64,000 bases of DNA from Selaginella moellendorffii (Eukaryota > Plantae > Lycopodiophyta): assembly GCF_000143415.4 (NCBI RefSeq), contig NW_003314288.1, positions 208,002-272,001 on the forward strand, given 5' to 3'. The position numbers and the translations under genes are program-made. The notes under the pieces were generated by a model. It was given only the letters and a program-made list of their open reading frames with translations. It made no database searches and was not told the DNA's origin. Numbering within the stretch: the stretch's first letter is position 1; each line of letters starts with the position of its first letter. Shown here piece after piece: positions 50,386-61,993 of the stretch.

Positions 50386-51134
50386 ATCTCGTCGCTTGGA
50401 CGGCAATGGTGGCGGCAATTGCTTTGCACGGGAGCTTGATCGATGCCAGAGCCTTGTTCGACAAAATGCCACAGCACAATAGCGCCGCGTGGAACACGAT
50501 GCTGGGAGCTTACATCCAGAGCAATTGCCTCGTCCAAGCGCGGGATCTCTTTGCGGCCATGCCGGTGAGAGACACAGCGAGCTGGAAAGCGATCCTTGCC
50601 GCGAGCGATCAAAGGGGGAATCTCTTGCAGGCCGGGAAGATCTTCTCCACATTGCCTGATCAGAGCATTGTGTCGTGGAACGCGATGATCCATGGCTGCG
50701 CACAGAATGGCCATGAGTGAAAAGCTGCTGAGTTTTTTGGTAGCATGGCGATGGAGGGCGAGGCCAGAAACGAGATAAGTTTCCAGGCGATTCTCCTGAC
50801 TTGCAATCACGGTGGGAAGCTTCGTGTGGCACTCGACTACTTTCGATCTATGGTGGCCGAGTACAGCATTTCTCCAAATGTGATTCACTTCCAGGCGATG
50901 GCAGATGTGCTGGGACGAGCCGGGCTGGTTGCCGAGGCTGAAGGTCTGCTGCTGGTGATGCCCTTCCAGCTGCATTTCCTCGCGTGGAAGAGCTTGATCA
51001 TCGCTTGCAAAGTTCATGGTAGCAGCAAGAACATCGATGTTGCAGCTTGTGCTGCAGAGAAACTCTTGGAGATGAAACCAAGGGACTCGGTGCTCTATGT
51101 GCTCATGTTGAATCTGCAAAAGCAGCTGCGATGA
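50386..51134 (+). pseudogene. Inverted duplicate of the 3' half of the PPR gene
   Basis: Reverse complement of about 48480-49226; internal TGA at 50718; no start codon of its own. Confidence 0.9.
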
Positions 51135-51417
51135 GTCCATTTGGCTGGTTAACTTTCTATCAATGTAACATATGCCAAAGTACAATAACAAGATTTAATT
51201 AATAGAATAATAGAAATAATTATAAGTGTGAAAGGGAATACAGAAATGTGCATATCAATTAGCCCAAAAACCCTAGTTTATATATAGGAGTGAGTGGTCC
51301 GGATTGAAACTAATCCGACGGCTACGAAAATCCCACTATACTAATATTAATATACGGTATTGTAGCCATATACCTGGCCCTCACATCATCTCCCCCTCTC
51401 GGAATAATGAAAGACCA

Positions 51418-54400
51418 TCAAGGTTCTCTTGTAGACGAGCTGGGATCTGGAGGAATGTTAGGAGGAGGCATCGGCGGATCTGTAGGTGGTATTAACTGCT
51501 CCTGATCCCTTTGTATGAAGCGTTTCAACTGTTGCACATGCACAATCTCTGGAGGATTGGCTTGCTGGACATCATGTTGAACCTCATAAACTTGTGGTCC
51601 AACTTGCCGCAACACCCGATACAGTCCTTTCCACTGTGCAAGGAGCCCCTTAGATAAACCACATACCGTAAGATGGGGAAAACAGACTAACACCAAATCA
51701 TCCACTTTGTACTCTGCAGGTGCACAATGATGGGAATTGTACCGCCATTGTTGTCCCACTTGTACGCGGCCTAAGTGTTCGGTAGACTCCACTCGGACAA
51801 GTGGAAGAATGCTTGTCAAATACTGATCTCATGATTTAGCATCCACAGCTCGTGGCAATCGCGAAGGTAAACCTAGCTCCGTTGGTAGTATTGGATCATG
51901 ACCATATAGGAGTTTATATGGTGAAGCACCAACAGAACTCTGCACCCCTGTGATATATGCATACCGAAGAGACGGCAAATAACCATCCCAATCTGAATGC
52001 TGAAAGTTCATATACTTCGCAATCATCCCCTTGAATATCCGAATGAGCCGTTCCATCAGACTGTCTGATTGTGGATGATAAGCATTCATGAAAGTGTGGC
52101 GTATCCCCAACCGAAACGTCAAAACATGAAATGCCTTAGCCATAAATACGGGACCATTATCCGAAAGAATCCGCTCTGGACAAGAATGCTGGAACACCAC
52201 TTGATTGAGGAGGAAGTATCCAACAGCAGTTGCAAAGGCATTAGCAAGAGCACCAACTTCCACCCAACGAGTCAAGTAGTCAGAAGCAATAATAACATAC
52301 TCATTGCTAGCAGTTGACCGTGAAAAAGGTCTTATAAGATCAAATGCCACCAACTCAAACGGACGGGAAATTGCAATTGACTCCAACTGTCCTTCTGCAG
52401 CATGAGAGGGAGTATTACGAGTTTGGCACCAAACGCAGCTACGCATATACCGAATAATATCACGTCGCATCTCCGGCCAATAGAAAGACCTGCGCAACTT
52501 CTCGGTTACACGACGATGTCCCATATGCCCTCCTAGAACAGAAGAATTATGGTAGGCATGGAGAAACTGTGGAATAAAGATAGAAGGTACCACCAACCAT
52601 AAATGATCATTAGGATCCGTCCCCACAAAATAAAGAAGGCCGTCTTCAAGGCGATATTGAGAATGTAAATGCCGGAAAAGCAAGTCATTAGCAAGTGATG
52701 CAGGATTCTCAAACCCATCTCGAAGCCTTCGAATCCACGGCTCAATCTTTTGAGCCTCGCAAACCTTATCAAGAGAAGGTAAATCTTGCTCTGCGTCTTG
52801 TGGACACTGAACGTCAAGTATAGCAACCATTGATGGCACAGAATCCTCGTCTAGAAAATCCATAGAGGCTAGAACAACAGGCTCATCAGAAACATGAGAA
52901 GAGAATGGAGAAGGAAAAGGAGCTCGAGAAAGGGCATCAACATCAGCCATAGAACTCTCTGGGCGATGAATAACATCAAAATCATATATCTGAAGTTTCA
53001 AAGCCCATCAAGCAGTACGACCAACCAAGTTCTTCCGCTTCAATAATGAAATAACAACAGCATGATCACCTTCAAGTAACATCTGAGAACCATGTAGATA
53101 TGCATTAAGTTTCTCGAAACCCCAAACTGCTGCCAAACACTCCTTCTCTATTGTGGAGTAGGTCATTTCCGCTGGTTGTAATGTACGGCTTATATATGCA
53201 ATAGGATGGCGTTGACCAGACACACTCGAACTCTCTTGCATCAACACACCTCCAAGACCAATGTCATAAGCATCCACGCGCAAAATAAAAGGTTGAGTGT
53301 AGTTAGGATATGCCAAAACCAGAGGAGTCGTCAATAGCTCTTTGAGATCCCCGAACGCCTGCTCACAATCCAGAGACCAGATGAAAGATGATGTTGATGA
53401 CTTCAGCAACGCTCGCAACGGTGCAGTGCGATCAGAAAGATGATCCACAAAACGACCGAGATACTGCACCTTGCCCAAGAAGCGCTACACATCATTCACA
53501 CACTTCGGAGTAAGGAACTTTAGAACAGCCACAAGTTTGTCAGGATCAACTTGCAAACCCTCACGAGAAATACGGTACCCAAGATAAGTTGTATCCTTGG
53601 ACCCAAACACGCACTTCGACCGCTTCAACTTTAAACCAATGTCGCATAGCCGATCCAACACTTTACAAACATCACGAACATGCTCCTCCCACATCCCCTC
53701 CGAGTGAATCAAGACATCATCAATGAAGCTAGCAGTCACCTCTGGCATATCACAAAGAACCTCATCCATCATCGGCTGAAAAGTTGCTGGAGCATTGTTC
53801 AAACCAAACAGCATCACCAAGAACTCGTACAAACCAAACGGTGTATGAAAAACAGTCTTAGGAATATCTTCTTTGGCCATCGGTATTTGCCAGTACCCAA
53901 AAGCAAGATCTAGCTTGGTGAACCAATGACTTTGCCCTAGACGATCCAAGAGATCAGTAGTGTGAGGAAAAGGGTACACATCTGGGATCGTCACTTCATT
54001 TAATGGATGATAGTTGATCCAGAAACGAATACTCCCATCAGGCTTCGTCACAAGATGAGGTTCACATGCCCAAGGACTCCACAACTTCCGAATAACACCC
54101 TTTTCCAACATCACTTTGACATTTGCACGTAAAATCTTGATCTCCTTGGGTGACCGATGACGAACAAGAACCTTGATTGGACGAGCATCCCCGGTTGGAA
54201 TCGGATAACGTGTGGCAATCTTGGCCCCAGACGATAGGTTAAATTCAAAAAGATCAAAATACTCCTTCATGAGCCGGTCAACAGCTGCAACACAAAGATC
54301 ATCAGAGGGATTGGAAAAGGGAAGTGCAGAACAAGATGGAAACATAGGAGGAAATAGTGAGGGAACAAAAGTAATGGAAGCAGAGGTAGAAGTAGAGGGA

Positions 54401-54498
54401 CGAAGAGGTACAGAAGTGAGAGGAATGGATGAAACATAAGGAAGTATGAGACAAGGGGGAGAAGCCTCAAAGTCACACTTGGTATGATTGTGCTGCAA
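51418..54498 (-). pseudogene. Gypsy pol (RT-RNaseH-integrase), one frame with three in-frame stops
   Basis: KLDLAFGYWQI, FIDDVL, YSTIEKECLA, GGHMG...CVWCQ, LSDNG motifs. Confidence 0.9.
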
Positions 54499-55066
54499 CT
54501 AATCCATACCAAGAATGAGGTCAAAAGCTTGACTCGGCACTACCCGCAACGACGGCAACTCAAGCTTGAGATCGCCCACATGCACAACCAGGTCCACCTC
54601 ATCTCATGCACATGCATGTGTACGGCTGTTGCCATAAAGAATGAAAATTGGATCCGCCTCACGACACAAGTGTAGACGACAACATGTGGCAACAGGTCGA
54701 GCAATAGAAGATAAACTCGAATCTGTATCAACCAACACGGAGAGAATAATAGGAGACCTCTTGTTATAAAAATGAGCTTGGAAAGTAAACATTGGATGAA
54801 CCAATGCCAAGTGAACCCCTTGATGATACTTCTGAAAGAAAGATGGAGGGGTCACTAACTTATTCGCGCAAAGTCCCTCCATTACTCGTGCAACTCCTCG
54901 TTTCCCGGTCTCAGTTTCCAAACCTTCCACTTCAGCAGCACCAACGGGACGTTGCTGACGCCAAGGTCTCCACCCAAGAAATGGAGTTCGCCAATCCGGA
55001 AAGCACCGACAATGCCGATAAGTATGACCAACTTCATCACACTTATCTTAGTAACGGACATCATGG

Positions 55067-55659
55067 TGTAAGCTCCTAAGTTTGGACTTCCCGGGAGGTC
55101 ACCCAGCCCAGTACTATTCAAACCCAAGGACGCTTAACCCCAAATATCCCAAGACCCTTAACCGATTGGAAAAGGGGGTGCACTCTTATTCATGGGCACT
55201 TTCCCTCTATATTTGAACCCTATGGACTGTCTCTCGAGTCGTTCCCTTTGGTTGCTTACAATCCACCACGCTTCCTTGCAAGTTCACGCCCTCGTGAACG
55301 GAAGCTAAGAGCCGCAGCTCTCCTGAGAGCCCCACTCTCTTGACACCCTACCCCTCGGGTCGAGCCCAGCGGGAGCAAACTGGACTAGCCAGATGTCAAT
55401 CAACATGTGGTGCGATTCCCTTAGCCAACCAACAAAGTCGGACCCGAGACCCCTCTGATAACAAATGTAAGCTCCTGAGTTTGGACTTCCCGGGAGGTCA
55501 CCCAGCCCAGTACTATTCAAACCCAATGACGCTTAACCCCAAATATCCCAAGACCCTTAACCGATTGGAAAAAGGGGTGCACTTTTATTCATGGGCCCTT
55601 TCCCTCTATATTTGAACCCTATGGACCGTCTCTCGAGTCGTTCCCTTTGGTTGCTTACA
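55067..55659 (-). mobile_element. Complete Cassandra-like TRIM with 5S-derived LTR segment, inserted in gypsy gag
   Basis: 194-bp LTRs at 55067-55260 and 55466-55659, 205-bp interior, PBS-like TGTTATCAGAG, TSD CATGG/CACGG; same family as 10356-10922. Confidence 0.92.
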
Positions 55660-57349
55660 CACGGCCACGTCCACGTCCTTGCCCTTGTCCTTGGACTCGA
55701 GTAGCAGCAGCATCAACCTCCATTGGAACAGGACCATCACTCATAGGAAGTGGAGCGGAAGGATGTGCAGCGAGAAGTGGAAGAGGCAACGTCTCATAAC
55801 GTTGTGCCAAGTGAAGAGCATTGTCAAGGGTGGCAGGAGCAAATGCATGCACAAGGCCGACAAAATTTTGACGAAGTGCTGGCCACAACATTCCTAGCTT
55901 GATCCGCTCTGACATATTGGGCTCCGCACAAAGCAAAAGACTTCGGAAACAAATGCCAAATTGCATCACCGACTCAAATGGCCCTTGGCAAAGACGATGC
56001 AATTGTTGGAAGGCATCATCACAATCGTCAGCATGTCTGAAGGCGCGTTTGAAGACGTCCGAAAGAACACTCCAATCCCTACGAGTGGCCGCACTCAATC
56101 CATTGTACCACTACAACGCCATCCCTTGGAGACACATGGGAAACTCACACAAATGTTGAGCATCATCCCAAGAATGATATGTGGCAATCACCGTGAAGTG
56201 ATCGAACCAATGGTACACATCATCCCCAAGATTCCCATGAAAGAACTCCAGCCGAATGCGAGGATTGGCACCAAGAGCAGGAGGAGTTGGACCACGTGCT
56301 GTGAATGCCGCCATCAATTGAGTTATTGCAAGCGCATAGCATCAAGCAATTGGACCAATTGCTGCTCTAGAGTCGAAGAAGGAGATTGCTGATCTGCCAT
56401 GAAGACGGATAAAGAAAGAGCAAAAGAAGAGAAATGACAAAAAAACGAGAAGGAAATGGGAGATCTAGATAATGCAAAAAGCTAGATCTAAACCAAAATC
56501 CTGAAAAGGAAGAACAAAAGAAAGGAAATGGAAAAAGCTAGATCTAGATGATGCAAAAGTTAAATGTAAACCAAAATCCCAAATTCAAGCACTCCTCAAG
56601 GACAATCAATGTGAGTGCTTGGAATATGGAAAAGGAATACAGAAATGTGCATATCAATTAGCCCAAAAACCCTAGTTTATATACAGGAGCGAGTGGTCCG
56701 GATTGAAACTAATTCGACGGCTATCAAAATCCCACTATGTTAATATTAGTATACGGCATTGTAGCCGTACACTTGGCCCTCACATAAGTAAATTAAATAA
56801 GAATAAAAAATTTATCGAATAATATCTCATTAATTGTTGCAGCTTATATTGCTGCTACGTGATCGATCTGTTTTGGCATGCTGGGCATGCCCAAGAGATT
56901 GTCAAGAGCCTGCCAGTGAGAAGTGTAGTATTTACGACTTTGATTAATGTTGCAGGTGACTTGAGGCGGCTGTACCTAGTGTGTGGTCGAAATGGAAGAC
57001 AAAGTATGAGGTTCGTGTTTGGTATATTAGCATCAAAGTTCTATGGAACTTTGAATCAAACTCTTGTAAAGTTTTGGCAAATCTAGAAAAGGAATGCTAG
57101 AGTGACTTTGGAGATAAGGATTTGAAGGGTTGGAGAAGCATGATAGAAAAAAAAAGAACGGAACCACTTTTACTGGACTAACTTTCAAATATTCTTCCAG
57201 AGATGAGAAATAAGCGAAGCCGTCCCAAGACAACTCTCCAGCCTCCATCTAACATTTTGTGCTGCCTCGAGCTATAAATACGAGCCCCTCCTGCCTCACA
57301 GACCTCTCTAATATACAAGCCTACTTGATCTTAGTCTGAGCAGCAAATC

Positions 57350-57529
57350 ATGGAGAACAAGGCTTTCTTGGTGATGTTTTTGGCGCTTGCCATGTTTGTG
57401 ATGATGCTGGCCATGGGCGTAGACGTGGGAGGAATCGCAAAGGCTGCTGCCCAGCGCTGCCAGTCGGGGTGGTATTGGTATGACAACAGCTGCCACCGTT
57501 GCCAGAGGTGTTGGGTCTGGCGCAACTGA
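57350..57529 (+). CDS. Secreted Cys/Trp/Arg-rich peptide precursor, short form (copy 5; absent from the ORF track)
   Basis: Translated by hand, 59 aa: MENKAFLVMFLALAMFVMMLAMGVDVGGIAKAAAQRCQSGWYWYDNSCHRCQRCWVWRN; TATA at 57273. Confidence 0.82.
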   Translation: MENKAFLVMFLALAMFVMMLAMGVDVGGIAKAAAQRCQSGWYWYDNSCHRCQRCWVWRN

Positions 57530-58006
57530 AACCTCCCGTTTCAAGGGGTAAGCCCAACTTAAGAGTCAGCATCATAATTCTTCTGAACTCATCATTCTGC
57601 AGTGCCAGGGTCTGGAAAGAAGAATAAAAGAACATTGATTGCATGAGATCCAACGATAATATAGAAACTGTCCAGGCCTTGATAAAAATCTCTATTTCCC
57701 ATCTGGATTCATAGCTTCATTTCAGGAGTTTACTTCATTTTGACTCCAGGCCTGCCGACTGAGCTTTTCTTGTGTGGCACTTTTACTTCCTTCTTCGTGT
57801 TGCAAACTTCGTTCTATTCCCAGTGGCCCCAGCATTATAGAAGAGAGAAGGAATTGACAAACATGGAACAACTAACTTTCAAATATTCAAGATGCCTTCC
57901 CAAGAGCATTCTAGCGTCTTGAGCTATAACTATGATGGGGATCACAGATCAAACCACTTCTCTCCAGTATACTAGAGCTTGTTTCTCTTAGTTTTTGCAG
58001 CAAATC

Positions 58007-58114
58007 ATGAAGAACATGGGCCCATGGTTTGTTGTGATGATGCTGACCATGGGAGTGGATATGGGAGAAATCGCAACCGTTGCTGCCTGGTACTGGTATG
58101 ACCGATGCCCTTGA
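58007..58114 (+). pseudogene. Type C deleted peptide paralogue
   Basis: MKNMGPWFVVMMLTMGVDMGEIATVAAWYWYDRCP*; duplicate of the 26402 copy. Confidence 0.65.
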
Positions 58115-58579
58115 TGATGGCATTGATATGTCACAACCAGAGAGCTATAAGCTCCTCTGTGTGGTGGTTTCAGAGATCTTTTGCAAACTTTTGGCTACAA
58201 CTCACTGTGTGTTCTGGAGTTGCATGGCCGAAATGAAAGATTAATGAATCAGGGATTTCTATTGTATTCAAAGCCATAATAAATAGACTAGTGTGGATAA
58301 GTTCTAACTCAAACGGTTACTTTTTTCTCTCCTTTTTCTTCATAGTTGTTGTTTCTTTCTTTCTTGGCTGTTTCTTGGTTTTCTTTTTTGCTTGTAGTTG
58401 CTTCTAGTTTTTTTTGGTGCTTATGTGTTTCTTTTGCAGTAGCAATAGCTTGAATAACACTTGTGAATTCTGGACTTCTTAAACCAATCCCACTACTAAC
58501 TTGCACCATTGGTATAAATAAAAAATGATATTATGCTCTTACAAATAATTTTGCATGAAAGAATGCCACTTTGTATGCT

Positions 58580-60400
58580 TGCGCTGTTCACACTGCTCAG
58601 TTTAAAGCTCAAATGAACCCTCTAGGAAACAAAGCCACAACCTTGACTGGGAAGTGCTTTCACCTTGATTTGGTTGCTCAGGCTGTTCAGAAAGTTTGGG
58701 ATGCTCAAGCTGGTTGGGCTGATTGCTTGGTTGCTGCTTGGGCTGCACTGTATGGATCTCAGGCAGCTTGGGTTGCATTGGATGGACCTCAGACTTCTCA
58801 GGGTACACTAGATCCTTATGCTAGTTTGTGATTGAGGTTGCTGCTTGGCTTTCTAGCCCCGAGTCTCCAAATTGTTTCCAAAATCTGGTTCAAAGTCGTT
58901 GAAAGATGCTGTGTGGAGTGTACTCAGCCCAAAGTGAGTGTTCATGGCATTTTTGTTCAACAGTCACAAACCACTTGCTCTGAATCCGTTAGAGCCATAG
59001 CCATGGCTCTGCTGGATAATTGCAATTAACTTTGTGTCCAAGATGCCCAAAAGTGTGTTCATCCACGCACTGTCAAAGTAATGCTTGTAGGGGTCGACGT
59101 TCAAAGACTGCACGTGGTGAGAAGTGTGTGTGGCTACGTCCACGCCTAACAGTCTTGCTGTTCCCAGGGCAAGCTTGGTCACATAAGACTTGTGGCCATC
59201 AAGATGAGAGTTTGTGGGCAAGCATCCACCAGGGATTGATTTCATAAAGTGTTCAAGCTGAAGTGGCCATAGATTGTTCGTCATTCAAGCTTTCTTACCG
59301 ATGGCAAATGCAGCTCCCACTCACTGCAGCATTCACCACCACTAGAACAATCATGTGCTCAGTGTTGTTTGGTACAACTCAGTAGCAGGTCGGGCAGCCA
59401 AAACTTTGACACCTCCAGAAAAATTGGCTCAGACACTGGTTTCATCAACATTCCAGATGTGATTTGGCTCATAACTTCTTGCATCGTAAGATGCATCAAG
59501 ATTCTCATAGAATCGTGACACAACTTCTTTGCTCAAGAACTTTGCACTGCTACTGATCTTTGGGTGCCTTTTCATAAAGCTATTGCTCCACTTTTGGCTC
59601 GGTCCTGTGTCTGTCCAGGTAGTTACAGCTTTGCAGCTTCTTTCACCTAATTCATGGTCAGCGGATAAACCAATCTCTGCTCGTGTTTCACCATGGCAAC
59701 AAGACTACCTTCTCCGTTGGATGTAAGAAGTGTGGGTGGGCCTGGGAGCCCCTTGCTACGTCCACCTTGAATTTGTAAGCTGTTTCTCTCTTAGACGAGT
59801 TTCCATCTTTCACGATTTGAATGGCTTGCTTCATTAATTCCTCGTTCCAGTTTCTAGTATACCCTATCTGCTTCTGAGCACATGCTTTGGTAGCAGGTTG
59901 ACTTGCTATAGATGCCTGGAAACAACATGGAAATACAGCAGAGAAGTAAGTTGCACTTCGTTTTCTTTTAACCTGACCATCTTTTACCTTTGCAGGTCCG
60001 GGACATTGGCTTTCACTGACATGAGCTGCCTGACAAATTTTCTGCACAACGGGCTGGAAAGTGGTTCAGTTAAGACCTCAGAGGACGCTACACACTTATA
60101 GTGTACCTCTGGATGCAGTGACGAACGGGATAGCCTCCAGGAGCTACAAGTGTTTGCACACGAGCTCTTGGAAATAATGTTCTTTTGCTCTTTGGTACAC
60201 CGGTTGGTTGCTGTACCTTTTGGACCAGCCAAGGAAGTATCGTGAGATTTCCTTAGAGTATGCATGCTGTGCTGGCTGAGATTTGCAGTTGATGTAAGAT
60301 TTACTGTTACATCATGTAACAGTAAATCTTGTGATAGGATCTAGAAAACACAAAAGAAAGAAATGCTTTCCTTTTTACAAGAATGTTCTTACCTCAAGAT
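58580..60400 (-). pseudogene. pogo/Fot1-like transposase relic, longest copy, with HTH
   Basis: RNWNEELMKQAIQIVKDGNSSKRETAYKFKV (psq/CENP-B-type HTH), IWNVDET, DGHKSYV. Confidence 0.75.
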
Positions 60401-60690
60401 TCTATGCGTTCTTTTCGGTTTCAGCTTGATGAATAGCCAAGCTTAACAAATCGCTTCCTTCTACTGTTTTCTGATCTCTAGAGATGAAATAGAGAAATGG
60501 AATGAGTTCTAAATGGCTAGATTTCTGAGTGAAATAAGCGATCAACTCTTGTATGACACTGAGATCCATCATAAAACCTTTCATGCCAATGAAACCCCGT
60601 GTGATTCTGCATTTTACCTCATGGAAACCGCCAAAAATTGCCACGTGATTTTACATTTTACTCACGATTTATGAGTTTTTTCACTAAATC

Positions 60691-60790
60691 ATGAAGAACA
60701 TGGCATGGTTGCTTCTGGCGCCTGCCATGGTTTTGATGCTGGCCATGGGAGAGGATGTGGGAGAAACCTCAACGGTTTGTTGCTTGGTAT
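60691..60790 (+). pseudogene. Peptide-family leader relic
   Basis: MKNMAWLLLAPAMVLMLAMGEDVGET without Cys modules. Confidence 0.55.
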
Positions 60791-61528
60791 TAGTTCCTTT
60801 TCTTATAATGCTGGGACACCACAACAACACTAAATGAAGCTGTGAATCCAGATGAGTAAAGACAACACTTTTTGTTTTTTCACAGTTTATAATATTTATT
60901 ATTGTTGAACTCATGCATTACCGCGCGTCCACGCGTTGCTATAGACTTCACTGCCACTAAAAAGAACAAAAATCCAAATAAACAGTTGGATCTTGACGAT
61001 CTTTAGAAGAGAAGTGTGTGTTTCATTTCATTTTCGATCGAGAGAGGGTGTATGTAGTTGCTAGACTGTCTTGGGAAAGAGATCAAATTCGTTGAAAAAC
61101 TTGTCTCCACAGCTGCGTCATATTTCCATCTTGTTGCTTATCCAAGTACCAGGTCGAGACTAAGAAGGCACAACTTTTGACAAAAAAAGAAAAATAGTTT
61201 ATTTCATATTGTGAGGTCCAAGTGTATGGCTAGATCGCTTTACACCCATGGATAGATTGACTCGAGATTTCTTAGTTGGCTTTCTTTCTTTTTTATTTTT
61301 CATGTTCTAAATTTTCTTGTCATTCTGGTCATTGCGAACGTTCAACAACTTTCCAGAAAACACTGACATTTTCAGGGCATGAAAATTTCAAACACATCAC
61401 AGAAGGCTCATAGGACTCCAAAACATTTTCATTCACTCTTATTCTCTATATCTCATCCACGCTGTCAACCCAAATTTTCACGATTCGAAATGCTCCCGTG
61501 GTTCTTCCAGGGCAAACTTTGGCGATTC

Positions 61529-61645
61529 TCAGCGGATGCAGCGGCTGCCATTTCTCCTTGCTGGCATTGATGGGATCTCCGTACAATTGCATTGCATGCG
61601 GCGAAGACCATTCCAGTAACATCCTCCGTGGTAGCGCTTGGCCAT
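61529..61645 (-). pseudogene. Type B peptide relic
   Basis: MAKRYHGGCYWNGLRRMQCN...NGSRCIR*; Cys/Trp substitutions and internal indels. Confidence 0.65.
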
Positions 61646-61993
61646 ACCGGATTGATCGATTGACAAGAGTCGATTGGAGCATCACAACCAGGCCCAGGCA
61701 CACCTAGCGGTGGGAGTGGAGCATCACCTAGGCAGCGATTGATTGATTGAAAATCGAGGGATTTGGAGAGAGAGGAGGAGAAAGAGAGGTTCAGATATTT
61801 TATATCAAGGCCTGGACAATTTATATATTATTGCTGGAACTCATGCAATGCCATCCAGCATTGCACGATACAGAAAACACATTATCAGTGTCTTTATTCC
61901 TGTTTCCAGACCTTCGGCACTGCAGAATGATGAAATCAAAGGCAATTACGATGCTGATTCTTAACTTGGGCTTACCCCGTGAAACGAGAGGTT

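Larger units (their letters stand above)
51227..56784 (-). mobile_element. Ty3/gypsy LTR retrotransposon (second lineage), disrupted
   Basis: About 159-bp LTRs at 51227-51385 and about 56626-56784, outer ends TGTGA...TCACA, apparent 4-bp TSD TAAG, PPT after 51385. Gag relic at 55660-56317. Confidence 0.9.
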
